64,000 nucleotides of DNA from a virus: positions 1 through 64,000 of the IMG/VR virus record IMGVR_UViG_3300036790_000219; one strand, written 5' to 3'. A model generated the notes under the pieces. It worked only from the letters and a program-made list of their open reading frames with translations. It did not search any database and was not told where the DNA came from. The position numbers and the translations under genes were made by a program. Below, piece by piece: positions 6,458 to 14,962 of the stretch; the first letter of the stretch is position 1; every line of letters begins with the position of its first letter.

Positions 6458-6528
6458 TGCGGGGCCTTCGGCAAGGATGTTGGCCTTTGAAGCCGACCAA
6501 GCGGGTTCGACCCCCGCACCCGCTGCCA
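6458..6528 (+). tRNA. trnQ: tRNA-Gln(UUG)
   Basis: TTGGC-CTTTGAA-GCCGA; CCA. Confidence 0.8.
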
Positions 6529-6529
6529 T

Positions 6530-6604
6530 GCCGGTGTAGCTCAGTGGTAGAGCATCCGAATCATAATCGGGTTGTCGCCAGTTCGATCCTGGCCATCGGT
6601 ACCA
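6530..6604 (+). tRNA. tRNA-Met/Ile2(CAU)
   Basis: TCCGA-ATCATAA-TCGGG (A32); CCA. Confidence 0.82.
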
Positions 6605-6609
6605 ACTTT

Positions 6610-6685
6610 GCTGGGTAAGCCAATCCGGTGACGGCGATGCGCTGTGGACGTGTCCAGGTCGGTTCAACTCCGACACCCAGTACCA
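6610..6685 (+). tRNA. trnH: tRNA-His(GUG) lacking G-1, A73
   Basis: ATGCG-CTGTGGA-CGTGT; T at -1, A discriminator. Confidence 0.85.
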
Positions 6686-6687
6686 TT

Positions 6688-6761
6688 AGGAGTGTAGCTC
6701 AACGGTAGAGCAGTGGTCTCCAAAACCACCGACCAGGGTTCGACACCTTGCACTCTTGCCA
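6688..6761 (+). tRNA. trnW: tRNA-Trp(CCA)
   Basis: GTGGT-CTCCAAA-ACCAC; CCA. Confidence 0.93.
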
Positions 6762-6832
6762 TTTGCCTAAATTCTGGACGTTACGGTGTTGACGTAATTC
6801 GTACTGTTTGAGTTGAGTAGTATGTTGTGGTT

Positions 6833-6923
6833 GCCTGTGGCGTAGGGTACGGTTACTTCGCGCTTGATGCGTGGTTTGTGTAACAGCGAACCAAGACTAA
6901 ACCACATCCGATTGTTCCCAGGC
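6833..6923 (+). ncRNA. Y RNA 2 (hairpin effector domain)
   Basis: Same Ro-binding motif; closing GCCTG/CAGGC; inner GTGGTTT/AAACCAC. Confidence 0.7.
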
Positions 6924-6930
6924 GCTTAAT

Positions 6931-7089
6931 AGATAGGAGCCGATGGCGTAGATTACGGTTACTTCGCATGGAAGCGCGTGGTCGGGGGTTCGAGTCCCTC
7001 CTACTCCACCACTATATGGGGGGTAGTAGCTCAGTTGGTTAGAGCAGCACGTCAAGATACCGCAATCGTTTGTTCCTCGGTTTCTATCT
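6931..7089 (+). ncRNA. yrlA: Y RNA 3, YrlA-type with circularly permuted tRNA-like domain
   Basis: Ro stem enclosing T-arm (GGGGGTTCGAGTCCCTC), loop-closed acceptor stem, then D-arm (TAGCTCAGTTGGTTAGAGC). Confidence 0.88.
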
Positions 7090-7118
7090 GTTAAGCGTCG
7101 CGTCATGGGTAAGAGTAG

Positions 7119-7219
7119 CGTGGACGTAGCCGACATAGATGGCGTAGGGCGCGGTTACTTCGCAGCAAAACGTAGAGAGACCGTTCCCGCTTTGTTCCTC
7201 TATGTCGGCTACGTCCACG
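7119..7219 (+). ncRNA. Y RNA 4 (minimal; perfect 21-bp terminal stem)
   Basis: CGTGGACGTAGCCGACATAGA/TCTATGTCGGCTACGTCCACG around the shared motif. Confidence 0.78.
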
Positions 7220-7247
7220 TGAGTTCCTCAAACCTTGGAGAAGGCCT

Positions 7248-8612
7248 ATGTCGCGTTTGAACGTTAAGACCCACCCAAACTATGGCCACACCCACGAAGG
7301 CGCACCAGCTGCTCGTATGAACGACGAGCAAGCTCTCCGTCGTTCTGTGATGTCCTGTCTTTTGTGGGAGGATGAGTTCTATGAGGACGGCGAGGAGATC
7401 AGCGCCCGTATTGTACGGTTGGCTAAGACCCTGCCACCTTGGACAGTTTCCTATATGGCTTGTCAGGCGCGGGAACAAGGCAATTTGCGCCATGTTCCGC
7501 TTCTGTTGCTCTCGGTTATTGCCGAGACTGGTCGGGGCCACAGGGAAGTTGCAGATGTCGTTGAGCGGGTTATTCAGCGTGCCGACGAACTGACTGAGTT
7601 CCTCGCGATCCACGCCAAGCGGAACAATGTTACACTTGACAAGATCAAGCCAACGCTTTCGGCCCAAATGAAGAAGGGTTTAGCGCGAGCGTTCCGCAAG
7701 TTTGATGAGTATCAGCTGGGGAAGTACGATCGTGCGGGCGGTATTCGTTTGCGGGACGTACTTTTCCTTTGCCACGCCAAGCCCCAGAACAAGGCTCAGG
7801 AGCGGCTCTGGAAGCGGTTGGTTCAGAATGAGCTCGAGGTCCCTGACACTTGGGAAGTTGCACTGACGCGCGGTGCCGACAAGAAGGAGACCTTCGAGCG
7901 GCTTCTTCGTGAAGGCCGATTGGGCTACCTGGCGCTGTTGCGTAACTTACGCAACATGGTACAGTCTGATTGCGACCCGGATCTGGTCAAGTCCGCTATC
8001 TTGGCACGTAGGGGTGGTGCAGACCGTGTTTTGCCATTCCGGTATACTGCAGCGGCACGGGCGGCTCCCCAGTTTGAATCCCAACTGGATGCTGCCCTAC
8101 AAGCGGCGGTGGGTGAGTTGCCGGTACTTATGGGTAAGACGGTCGTCCTTGTGGACGTCTCCCGTTCGATGGAATGGAAGTTGTCAGACAAGTCTGACTT
8201 GACCCGTATGGACGCAGCGGGAACGCTCGCTTCGATCGTCAACGCTGACCTCCGAGTGTTCACGTTCTCCGACGTCGTGTTGGAAGTCCCGGCTCGCCGT
8301 GGTATGGCAGGTGTGGATGTGATTAAGAACTCACAGGTACACAATGGTACCCATTTGTTTGATGCGGTTCATGAGATTAATGGGCTGGTAAAGTACGACC
8401 GTTTGATTGTGATCACTGATGAGCAAGCCGAACCAGGGAACTACAACATTCAGGGTCGGTTGAAGACCCTTCCAAACCCCGTGGGTTGTGGTTACATTAT
8501 TAATGTGGCATCGGCTAAGCACGGTGTCGGTTATGGAAAGTGGGTGCATGTTGATGGTTTCTCCGAATCGGTACTGCGATTTATTGCCATGCATGAGGAG
8601 AAGCAATCTTAA
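7248..8612 (+). CDS. rsr: Ro60/TROVE-vWA RNA-binding protein
   Basis: LRRSVMSCLLWEDEFYEDG, YLALLRNLRN, vWA LVDVSRSM and LIVITDEQ. Confidence 0.95.
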   Translation: MSRLNVKTHPNYGHTHEGAPAARMNDEQALRRSVMSCLLWEDEFYEDGEEISARIVRLAKTLPPWTVSYMACQAREQGNLRHVPLLLLSVIAETGRGHREVADVVERVIQRADELTEFLAIHAKRNNVTLDKIKPTLSAQMKKGLARAFRKFDEYQLGKYDRAGGIRLRDVLFLCHAKPQNKAQERLWKRLVQNELEVPDTWEVALTRGADKKETFERLLREGRLGYLALLRNLRNMVQSDCDPDLVKSAILARRGGADRVLPFRYTAAARAAPQFESQLDAALQAAVGELPVLMGKTVVLVDVSRSMEWKLSDKSDLTRMDAAGTLASIVNADLRVFTFSDVVLEVPARRGMAGVDVIKNSQVHNGTHLFDAVHEINGLVKYDRLIVITDEQAEPGNYNIQGRLKTLPNPVGCGYIINVASAKHGVGYGKWVHVDGFSESVLRFIAMHEEKQS

Positions 8613-8621
8613 GAAAAAAGT

Positions 8622-8655
8622 TAGGGGGTACACTAAATACCCCCTATACTTTTTC
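8622..8655 (+). terminator. hairpin plus T tract, probable intrinsic terminator overlapping promoter copy 2
   Basis: TAGGGGGTA/TACCCCCTA then TACTTTTT. Confidence 0.5.
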
Positions 8656-8672
8656 TAAAGGCGGGCGTATAA
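8642..8672 (+). promoter_or_regulatory. putative phage promoter (copy 2, upstream of replication module)
   Basis: CCCTATACTTT-N15-TATAA. Confidence 0.7.
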
Positions 8673-8750
8673 GCTCGGTTCCTTAAGCGTCTGATAAGCG
8701 TTTCAAAAATAACGGCAAGTTCCCCTCTCGTCGTACCATATAGCGAGAGA

Positions 8751-9755
8751 ATGGTAATGCTCGACTGGAAGCGACTTCTAGCGGCGCATAGTATCCCGTT
8801 TCAGGACGCGGGTATCTACAATATTACGACGGCGTGCCCATTTTGTGGATCGGTCGATGAACTAGGACATTACCTCGCAATTTCAACCCGAGGTCGAGGC
8901 TGGCGGTGTTTCCGTAATCCTCGGCAGCATCGTGGTCGTTCTAGTGTGCGGTTGGTTATGGCGCTTCTGCGCTGTACTAAAGAGCACGCACAGGACTTGA
9001 CCGGTGAGACGGCAACGCCGCTTCCTTCAGCTGATACTTTTGCGGCGGATTGGCGCAAGAAACTTGGTATTCACACTGAGAATGCCCGCCCTGCTAGCTT
9101 TCGCCTAAAGCTTCCTTCCGAATTCAAGGTGTTAACAACACGGTCCCGTTTTGCTGGGGTCTTCTGGGATTACCTCCACAAACGAGGTTTTAGTAGCTCT
9201 CAAGCCCATTGGGCTGTGGAAAGCTATAGCTTGCACTATGCAATCACTGGATCGTATGCCTACCGGATCATCATTCCGATTTATAATGCTGAAGGCAAAC
9301 TCATGACCTGGTCGGGGCGATCAGTACGAGCAAATTCTGAAATTCGGTACAAGACTTTGCCGACCGATGAGGCGGTAGAACCGCCCGGCAATCTCTTACT
9401 TGGTATGCAGCTTCTCTGGAAAGTCAAGGTCGCCCGATGTCTCGTGGTCTGCGAAGGCCCCTTCGATGCTATAGCGGTTAGTGTTCTTGGGCACAGCGTG
9501 GGCGTCTGGGGAACCTGTCTATTTGGTTTGAACGTTTCAGAAGCACAGTCAGATTTACTTGCGGACCTGGAACGTCGGTTTGAGAACATGAGATTGATGC
9601 TCGACCCAGATGCATTGTTGCGGGTTCTTGCCTTACGGGAGAGACTTCCCCGTCGGTGTAAGAGTACCAGGCTTCCTTCGGGACTCAAAGATCCAGGGGA
9701 GCTCGTTAGTAAAGGGAGCGTCGGTTTGAGTTTCGTGCGTGCTCTAGCCAGTTGA
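8751..9755 (+). CDS. DNA primase (Zn-finger + TOPRIM)
   Basis: CPFCG..WRCF Zn finger; VVCEGPFDA TOPRIM; KDPGE. Confidence 0.88.
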   Translation: MVMLDWKRLLAAHSIPFQDAGIYNITTACPFCGSVDELGHYLAISTRGRGWRCFRNPRQHRGRSSVRLVMALLRCTKEHAQDLTGETATPLPSADTFAADWRKKLGIHTENARPASFRLKLPSEFKVLTTRSRFAGVFWDYLHKRGFSSSQAHWAVESYSLHYAITGSYAYRIIIPIYNAEGKLMTWSGRSVRANSEIRYKTLPTDEAVEPPGNLLLGMQLLWKVKVARCLVVCEGPFDAIAVSVLGHSVGVWGTCLFGLNVSEAQSDLLADLERRFENMRLMLDPDALLRVLALRERLPRRCKSTRLPSGLKDPGELVSKGSVGLSFVRALAS

Positions 9756-9777
9756 AACGCCAAAATGAGGAAGAAAA

Positions 9778-10392
9778 ATGTCAGCACGAAAGGACGTCTA
9801 TCTTGATGAAGGAATGCTCGGGTGGTTTGAGAGGACTGCACGGAAAGAACATTGGCGTATGGCGGCGTGGTATGAGCTTAAAGATCTAGTTCAGGATGGC
9901 TACGTCTGCTATTGTAAGTGCCGCAATGCTTACGCTCTTCAGGATCCGAAGCCTGGTCATCCTTCGTTGAATACGGACAACCCAACGCGGGAGCAGCGCC
10001 GTCACTTTATGGCATTGGTTAAAACAACATACTACAACCACATCATGACATTAGCTAGCAAATTCTCGGTGGTGGTTGAGGAAGCTACGCCAGCTACTTC
10101 CTTGCCAGGAGAGCGGGGTGGTTCCCTTGAGGAGCTCCTCCCGCCGCAAGCTGAGGAAGCTTCGCTGTTTTTGGCGTTAGCCAACGCTCCTGCTGAGTTA
10201 AAGGACATGGTTGAGCGGTTAGTTAGGGACGGTTTAGATGGGGGTGATTATTTACGCACTCACCTTTGTCGAGACGGTAATAGAATACGGCGGATGCGGC
10301 AAGCCGTGCGTGAGACGACGGCGGAGTATTGGGAGCGTGTCTTGGGTACACCGGATTTGCCGCAAAAACTTGCGGCATACTTGCGGGCGTAA
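9778..10392 (+). CDS. sigma-70 region-2-like protein
   Basis: YELKDLVQDGYVCYCK and FMALVKTTYYNHI resemble sigma regions 2.2-2.4. Confidence 0.5.
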   Translation: MSARKDVYLDEGMLGWFERTARKEHWRMAAWYELKDLVQDGYVCYCKCRNAYALQDPKPGHPSLNTDNPTREQRRHFMALVKTTYYNHIMTLASKFSVVVEEATPATSLPGERGGSLEELLPPQAEEASLFLALANAPAELKDMVERLVRDGLDGGDYLRTHLCRDGNRIRRMRQAVRETTAEYWERVLGTPDLPQKLAAYLRA

Positions 10393-10479
10393 AAACTCAA
10401 GTCAGTATGATTAAAAAGCGAGCACAGGCTTGGCACAAGCCCGTGGCAGAAACTCCTCTTGCATGTGGGAAACTAATTT

Positions 10480-11112
10480 ATGACTCCTTTTGAACAGCTT
10501 TGCGCCGTATCCAAGCTCAAGCCGAAGCCGGGGGAAGACTTCCCGTCCTTCGCAAAGCGTTTGACTAAGAAGGTCAATGAGCTTAGCGATAAGGATTGGG
10601 CGAGCCTCGGGGATGATGGTCCGGCCCAGGCGTGGCATAACAATGCTATGAAAGTATTGGATCGATACCACAACGCGGTGGCTGAGGCCAAGAAGACTGG
10701 GGCTGACCCGCTGGATATCAATACCTTTGAGTGTACGCTCGACGGTGCGCAGTTTACCGGAGTGCCGGAACTTGAAGGTTACGAGCCGGAACCGGCCTCC
10801 ACGGCTGAGCCAGAAGCCGAGGAAGACCCCGAGGCTAATAAGGAAGAAGCCTCTGGGAAGGCCAAGACGCCTGAAAAGGCGGCTTCTAAGGTTAAGAAGT
10901 CAGGTGTTAAGGCAGGGCGGAAGCCCTTGCTTGCTGATGATGCCAAGATCAATATTTTGGCGAAAGAGAACCCCCACCGTACCAATACCAAGAACTTCAA
11001 GACGTTTGCAAAATACCGTGCTGGCATGACGGTAGCGGAAGCTTTGAAGGCGGGCATACCCCGTTCTAATATTCGTTATGAAGCGAATGTTAAAAATATC
11101 CGCGTGGCGTAA
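10480..11112 (+). CDS. hypothetical protein with basic C-terminal domain
   Basis: RBS and long ORF; C-terminal ENPHR..FAKYRAGMTVAEALKAG. Confidence 0.75.
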   Translation: MTPFEQLCAVSKLKPKPGEDFPSFAKRLTKKVNELSDKDWASLGDDGPAQAWHNNAMKVLDRYHNAVAEAKKTGADPLDINTFECTLDGAQFTGVPELEGYEPEPASTAEPEAEEDPEANKEEASGKAKTPEKAASKVKKSGVKAGRKPLLADDAKINILAKENPHRTNTKNFKTFAKYRAGMTVAEALKAGIPRSNIRYEANVKNIRVA

Positions 11113-11118
11113 GTTGGG

Positions 11119-12051
11119 ATGGCAACCCGCCACAAATATCCGGTTCTGGCGACTAAAAAGTGGTCTTATGGGGCAGAACTTGAATTAGCAGATTGGCCCC
11201 GTGGGGGAAAACTTCTTTCGGGTATGGCCATTGATGAGGCGGAGTGGAATAACGTCAATTCGAACGGGGTAGCAGTAGATGGTGCTGGTAAGCTTTACAA
11301 TTTAGGCGGGGAAATTTTGACAGCACCTTCCACTGACCCACACGCTCCGGCAGATCAATTGAGTTGGGTGAAGTCCCAATGGCCAGAAGCTCGTTGTAAT
11401 TTTCGAACTGGCTTAAATATCCACGTCCGTGTGCCAGGGTTGCGCGATGACTTAAAACGGTTAAAACAGCTTCAGGCTTTTATTCATGAGAGCATGCCGT
11501 GTTTGCTGCTCGTAATTGATCCTCTTAGTGTTCCAAATAAAAAAGCATTCCCCGATCAAATGGCGTGGAAGGGGGCACGGCGTGATTATCTACGTTGTCG
11601 GAAAAATCATCATACCCTCTTACCGCCTTGGCGCTTAGCATTACAGATGAAGGCTCGTAGTCCAGAAGAATTTTTTGCAGCAGAGGCTATCCATTTGCCA
11701 ACGGGGAAGGTTTATTGGGCCACCGTTCCACGGGCTTGCGTTAATCTGCGGCAATTGTTACAAACTGATACAGTGGAGTTCCGGCATTTTGCTGGTTCCT
11801 CTTCTCCGGAGGAGGTGTTGCGTGCTACGTTGTGGTGCAAAGCTTTTCTTGAAGCCGGATTTGAAGGTGGTAGCGCAAGAGAACTGTTGATGAATTTTGG
11901 GCCGCGTAAGGGGGTTGCTTGGCCGCAAGCAGCCCCTTATATTTATTGGATGGATAAAGGATTCTTCTTTACCAGCCGACATTTCCACCCTCCGGAAACG
12001 GTACGGGCTAATATTCGAGTGTGGCTGCTGCGGCAACGAAGGGAAAGCTAA
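11119..12051 (+). CDS. putative amidoligase (COOH-NH2 ligase type 2)
   Basis: YGAELE, GGEI, TGLNIHV, VNLRQL..TVEFRHF motifs. Confidence 0.75.
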   Translation: MATRHKYPVLATKKWSYGAELELADWPRGGKLLSGMAIDEAEWNNVNSNGVAVDGAGKLYNLGGEILTAPSTDPHAPADQLSWVKSQWPEARCNFRTGLNIHVRVPGLRDDLKRLKQLQAFIHESMPCLLLVIDPLSVPNKKAFPDQMAWKGARRDYLRCRKNHHTLLPPWRLALQMKARSPEEFFAAEAIHLPTGKVYWATVPRACVNLRQLLQTDTVEFRHFAGSSSPEEVLRATLWCKAFLEAGFEGGSARELLMNFGPRKGVAWPQAAPYIYWMDKGFFFTSRHFHPPETVRANIRVWLLRQRRES

Positions 12052-12052
12052 A

Positions 12053-13183
12053 ATGCCTATGATTATGAACCTGACCGAGAAGCTGTCCCAACGTACAGCT
12101 ATTCAACATATTGCACGTACAGATTGGACTTGGGGGAATGATTCTCCTTTTGTTGTTGAACTGGATCCCACAGCAGCTTGTGATTTGGCTTGTCCTGGTT
12201 GTATTAGCGAAGACCTGATCGCATTGGGTAACCGTTTTTCCGATGAGCGGCTTATGGGGCTTGGCCAAGAGTTTTTGGACTGCGGAGTGAAGGCTGTAAT
12301 CCTTATTGGTGGTGGTGAGCCTTTAGCGCATAGGAAGATTGGGGAGTTTATTGAGTTGCTGGGTAGTAATGGGGTTCACATAGGGATCACCACAAATGGT
12401 AGCTTCATTGATCGGTATTTAGAGCCTATCTCAATGTATTCAAAGTGGACACGGGTTTCGATGGATGCTGCCACGGACCGTTTGTTTAGTGTTCTGCGTC
12501 CGAGGAAGGGTGGTGGTGGAAGTAAGTTCACGAAGATTGTAAGCAACATGCGACTTTTAGCTGGGGTGAAAAAGGGTACCCTCGGCTACTCATTTTTGAT
12601 CCAGACTGCTGCCGACGATCCTAGGGTACAAAGTAATATTTGTGAGATTTATGAAGCAGCTGTCTTAGCCAGAGATATTGGTTGTGACTATTTTGAGGTT
12701 AAACCATCGTATCAATTTCGTGGCGGGGTGGAGCATGCTTTGGTGAAGCATTCTCAGGATTTGATGCAGGAAGCGGTTAGAGAGATAGCAAGGTTGGATG
12801 AATTGGAGACGGCTAGCTTTAAGATCATCCACGCGATTAATTTGAAGCCTTCTCTTGATGGTGTTGGTAGTTCGCAGTCGAAGGAATATAAACAATGCCC
12901 TTCAACGCACTTGAGGACAACGGTTACTCCTTCCGGGGTGTTTGTTTGCCCATATTGGCGTGGCAAAGAGCGAATGCGGGTGGGGGACGTAAATCACCAA
13001 AGTTTTAAGGAGATGTGGGAAGGTGCTCAGCGAGAGCAGGTTATGGCGCGGCTTGATGTTTCTAAGGATTGCACATTCCATTGTTTACGACACGCCACGA
13101 ATCTGACGGCGATAGATATAAAGCAGAAATTAAATGCGGGAGAGATAGTCCCCGTGGTTGAGGAGTTTGATCGTTTTATTTGA
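12053..13183 (+). CDS. radical SAM/SPASM enzyme
   Basis: CDLACPGC; GGGEPL; C-terminal CPS..VCPYW..CTFHC; start reassigned to ATG 12053. Confidence 0.9.
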   Translation: MPMIMNLTEKLSQRTAIQHIARTDWTWGNDSPFVVELDPTAACDLACPGCISEDLIALGNRFSDERLMGLGQEFLDCGVKAVILIGGGEPLAHRKIGEFIELLGSNGVHIGITTNGSFIDRYLEPISMYSKWTRVSMDAATDRLFSVLRPRKGGGGSKFTKIVSNMRLLAGVKKGTLGYSFLIQTAADDPRVQSNICEIYEAAVLARDIGCDYFEVKPSYQFRGGVEHALVKHSQDLMQEAVREIARLDELETASFKIIHAINLKPSLDGVGSSQSKEYKQCPSTHLRTTVTPSGVFVCPYWRGKERMRVGDVNHQSFKEMWEGAQREQVMARLDVSKDCTFHCLRHATNLTAIDIKQKLNAGEIVPVVEEFDRFI

Positions 13184-13196
13184 TGGGGAGGGGTCT

Positions 13197-14024
13197 ATGC
13201 CAAGCTCAGTTGACGTTGCTGTTGTTGGTGCTGGACTTTTTGGTAGCATTATAGCGGCAGCGCTCCGAAGGGCGAAAGCGTCAGTGCTTACCATTGATCC
13301 TTATCTCCCAGAAGCTGGTAGCCCCCCGGCCGCTTGTTTGATGAAACCATCTTGGTTTTCGTCCCTCGGCAAAAGTGTCTACGAACCGTCGCTTCGTTTG
13401 CTTGATGAATTGTATGGCACCCAGAGTGTGCGCTTCCAAGTTGGTAGGCTTTTTACTGAAGTGGTTTGGTGCCCTCCTAACAAAATCTTGCAGCCTGCGG
13501 ATAAACATTATCGTGTACGGCGCATACAACGGGCGGGTTCTTATTGGGAACTGGATGTCGGCGAACAACTACCTTTATTAAAGGTGCGGCGAGTTGTTGT
13601 TGCTGCAGGTGTTTGGACACCCACATTGGTTTCCGTTGAGGGGGGTGTTACTGGGTTGGCTGGTGTGGCTTATTTGTGGCCGAGTAAAACAATTGAAAGG
13701 CCATTTGTTAAGGTGTGGGCCCCTTATCGACAGTTGGTTGCGTTTAATCGCGGGGATGGCGTATGGGTAGGGGATGGCACTTCCATCAAACGTTTTAATT
13801 GGACTGCCGAGCGGGAAGTGAATTGCTACGACCGTTGTCAGCGCGCCGTTGGTTATGAGGATAGGGGAGTCAAAAGACTATTTGGCATGCGTCCATATGT
13901 TAACCAAAAACCTTGTTATTTGAAGGAACACCATCCCGGCTTTTGGGTTGCCACGGGCGGCGCTAAGAATGGTACTTTGGCGGCAGGGTGGTGTGCTAGT
14001 GAAATAGTTAATGCTTGGGGATAG
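13197..14024 (+). CDS. FAD-dependent oxidoreductase (DAO/glycine-oxidase-like)
   Basis: VAVVGAGLFG Rossmann motif; GMRPY; ATGGAKNG. Confidence 0.85.
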   Translation: MPSSVDVAVVGAGLFGSIIAAALRRAKASVLTIDPYLPEAGSPPAACLMKPSWFSSLGKSVYEPSLRLLDELYGTQSVRFQVGRLFTEVVWCPPNKILQPADKHYRVRRIQRAGSYWELDVGEQLPLLKVRRVVVAAGVWTPTLVSVEGGVTGLAGVAYLWPSKTIERPFVKVWAPYRQLVAFNRGDGVWVGDGTSIKRFNWTAEREVNCYDRCQRAVGYEDRGVKRLFGMRPYVNQKPCYLKEHHPGFWVATGGAKNGTLAAGWCASEIVNAWG

Positions 14025-14028
14025 GGGA

Positions 14029-14901
14029 ATGCCTCAAAAGTTACTTTTCCCAAAACGAGCTTCCCAACGGTATGAGTTGCAGAGTGTGGAGCGGTTTGGT
14101 GACGCATTATTGCGGACTAATGATTTAGACCCGGTTTACGTGGCCTTATGGGGCGCAAAGTTGAAGCCTGATCAGCTGAAGCGCCTCTTGCTGGTCTATT
14201 GGTGCTTTTACCACTTAGGGGTAGCAGCGGCGCTTAGTGAGTTGAAGGGTAACGAATTTTGGAGGGTGCTTCGAATTGCCGCCATTAACGAACAATCCCC
14301 TTATTTGGTGGACCTGTTGTGGCCAATTGGGCGTTGGCCTCGCAGTGCGGAACGCCGGTATTTCCGTGGTGCAAAATGTGTGGCCACTATTGATTGGTTG
14401 TGTGTGCGTGAACGTAGCCCAGAAAATTTGGTAGATCAATTGTTGGAAGCTGGAATTGGACGTAGTAATATTTTAGCAGCAGAAACAATAATGCAGCGGA
14501 TTCAGGAGTGGCCACTATTTGGTCCTTGGATAGCCTTCAAAGCAGCGGACATGGTAGAGCGGTTGTTTGCTATGTCCGTTGTGTTTCCAGAGAATTTGAC
14601 ACTGATTTATAAAGAACCGCGTAGTGCTCTGGATTTATTAGTGGGGGACCCCTTCAAAAATATGAGGCGTCTTGCTGTACATTTTGGTCAACAGCTTGCA
14701 CCACCTAGGTATGAGCGCCCTTGTGGCATAACGGAGTGCGAGACGGTGCTTTGTAAATGGAAGTCCTTTGTTAATGGTCATTACTGGGTTGGTAAGGATA
14801 TTTCCGAGATTCGAACTGGGCTAGGGAGTTGGGGTAAAACAGCTGACTTACTTCTACGACACACTCCTATAAGTTTGACACAGGAATCCCGCCCGGTATG
14901 A
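14029..14901 (+). CDS. amino acid:DNA transferase (aGPT-Pplase2/AADT family)
   Basis: DLDPVY, YWCFYHLG, RWPRSAERRYFRG, FGPWIAFK, ETVLCKWKS as in M6/YuA-type enzymes. Confidence 0.78.
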   Translation: MPQKLLFPKRASQRYELQSVERFGDALLRTNDLDPVYVALWGAKLKPDQLKRLLLVYWCFYHLGVAAALSELKGNEFWRVLRIAAINEQSPYLVDLLWPIGRWPRSAERRYFRGAKCVATIDWLCVRERSPENLVDQLLEAGIGRSNILAAETIMQRIQEWPLFGPWIAFKAADMVERLFAMSVVFPENLTLIYKEPRSALDLLVGDPFKNMRRLAVHFGQQLAPPRYERPCGITECETVLCKWKSFVNGHYWVGKDISEIRTGLGSWGKTADLLLRHTPISLTQESRPV

Positions 14902-14962
14902 TCAAAGTGGAGAAGGAATAAATGCAGTTTTTATTGGTACTGGGTTGCATCCTAGAAAAGCT

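Noticed and set aside
65-7136. Numerous ORF-track entries across the RNA block
   Set aside because: They are translations of tRNA, tmRNA or Y RNA sequence or its antisense, with no RBS or protein motifs; only 2085, 2940 and 6111 were kept.
6833-7219. CRISPR-like array from the repeated motif
   Set aside because: Repeats are bipartite, pair across each unit, have irregular spacing and adjoin Ro60 rather than cas genes.
9281-9841. Minus-strand ORFs over replication and structural genes generally
   Set aside because: They are shadows of well-supported plus-strand genes; no credible minus-strand gene was found in the window.
11897-12052. Long N-terminal extensions given by the ORF track (also at 2745, 19943, 37421, 60678)
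   Set aside because: They overlap upstream genes or RNAs; downstream starts with RBS or translational coupling fit better.
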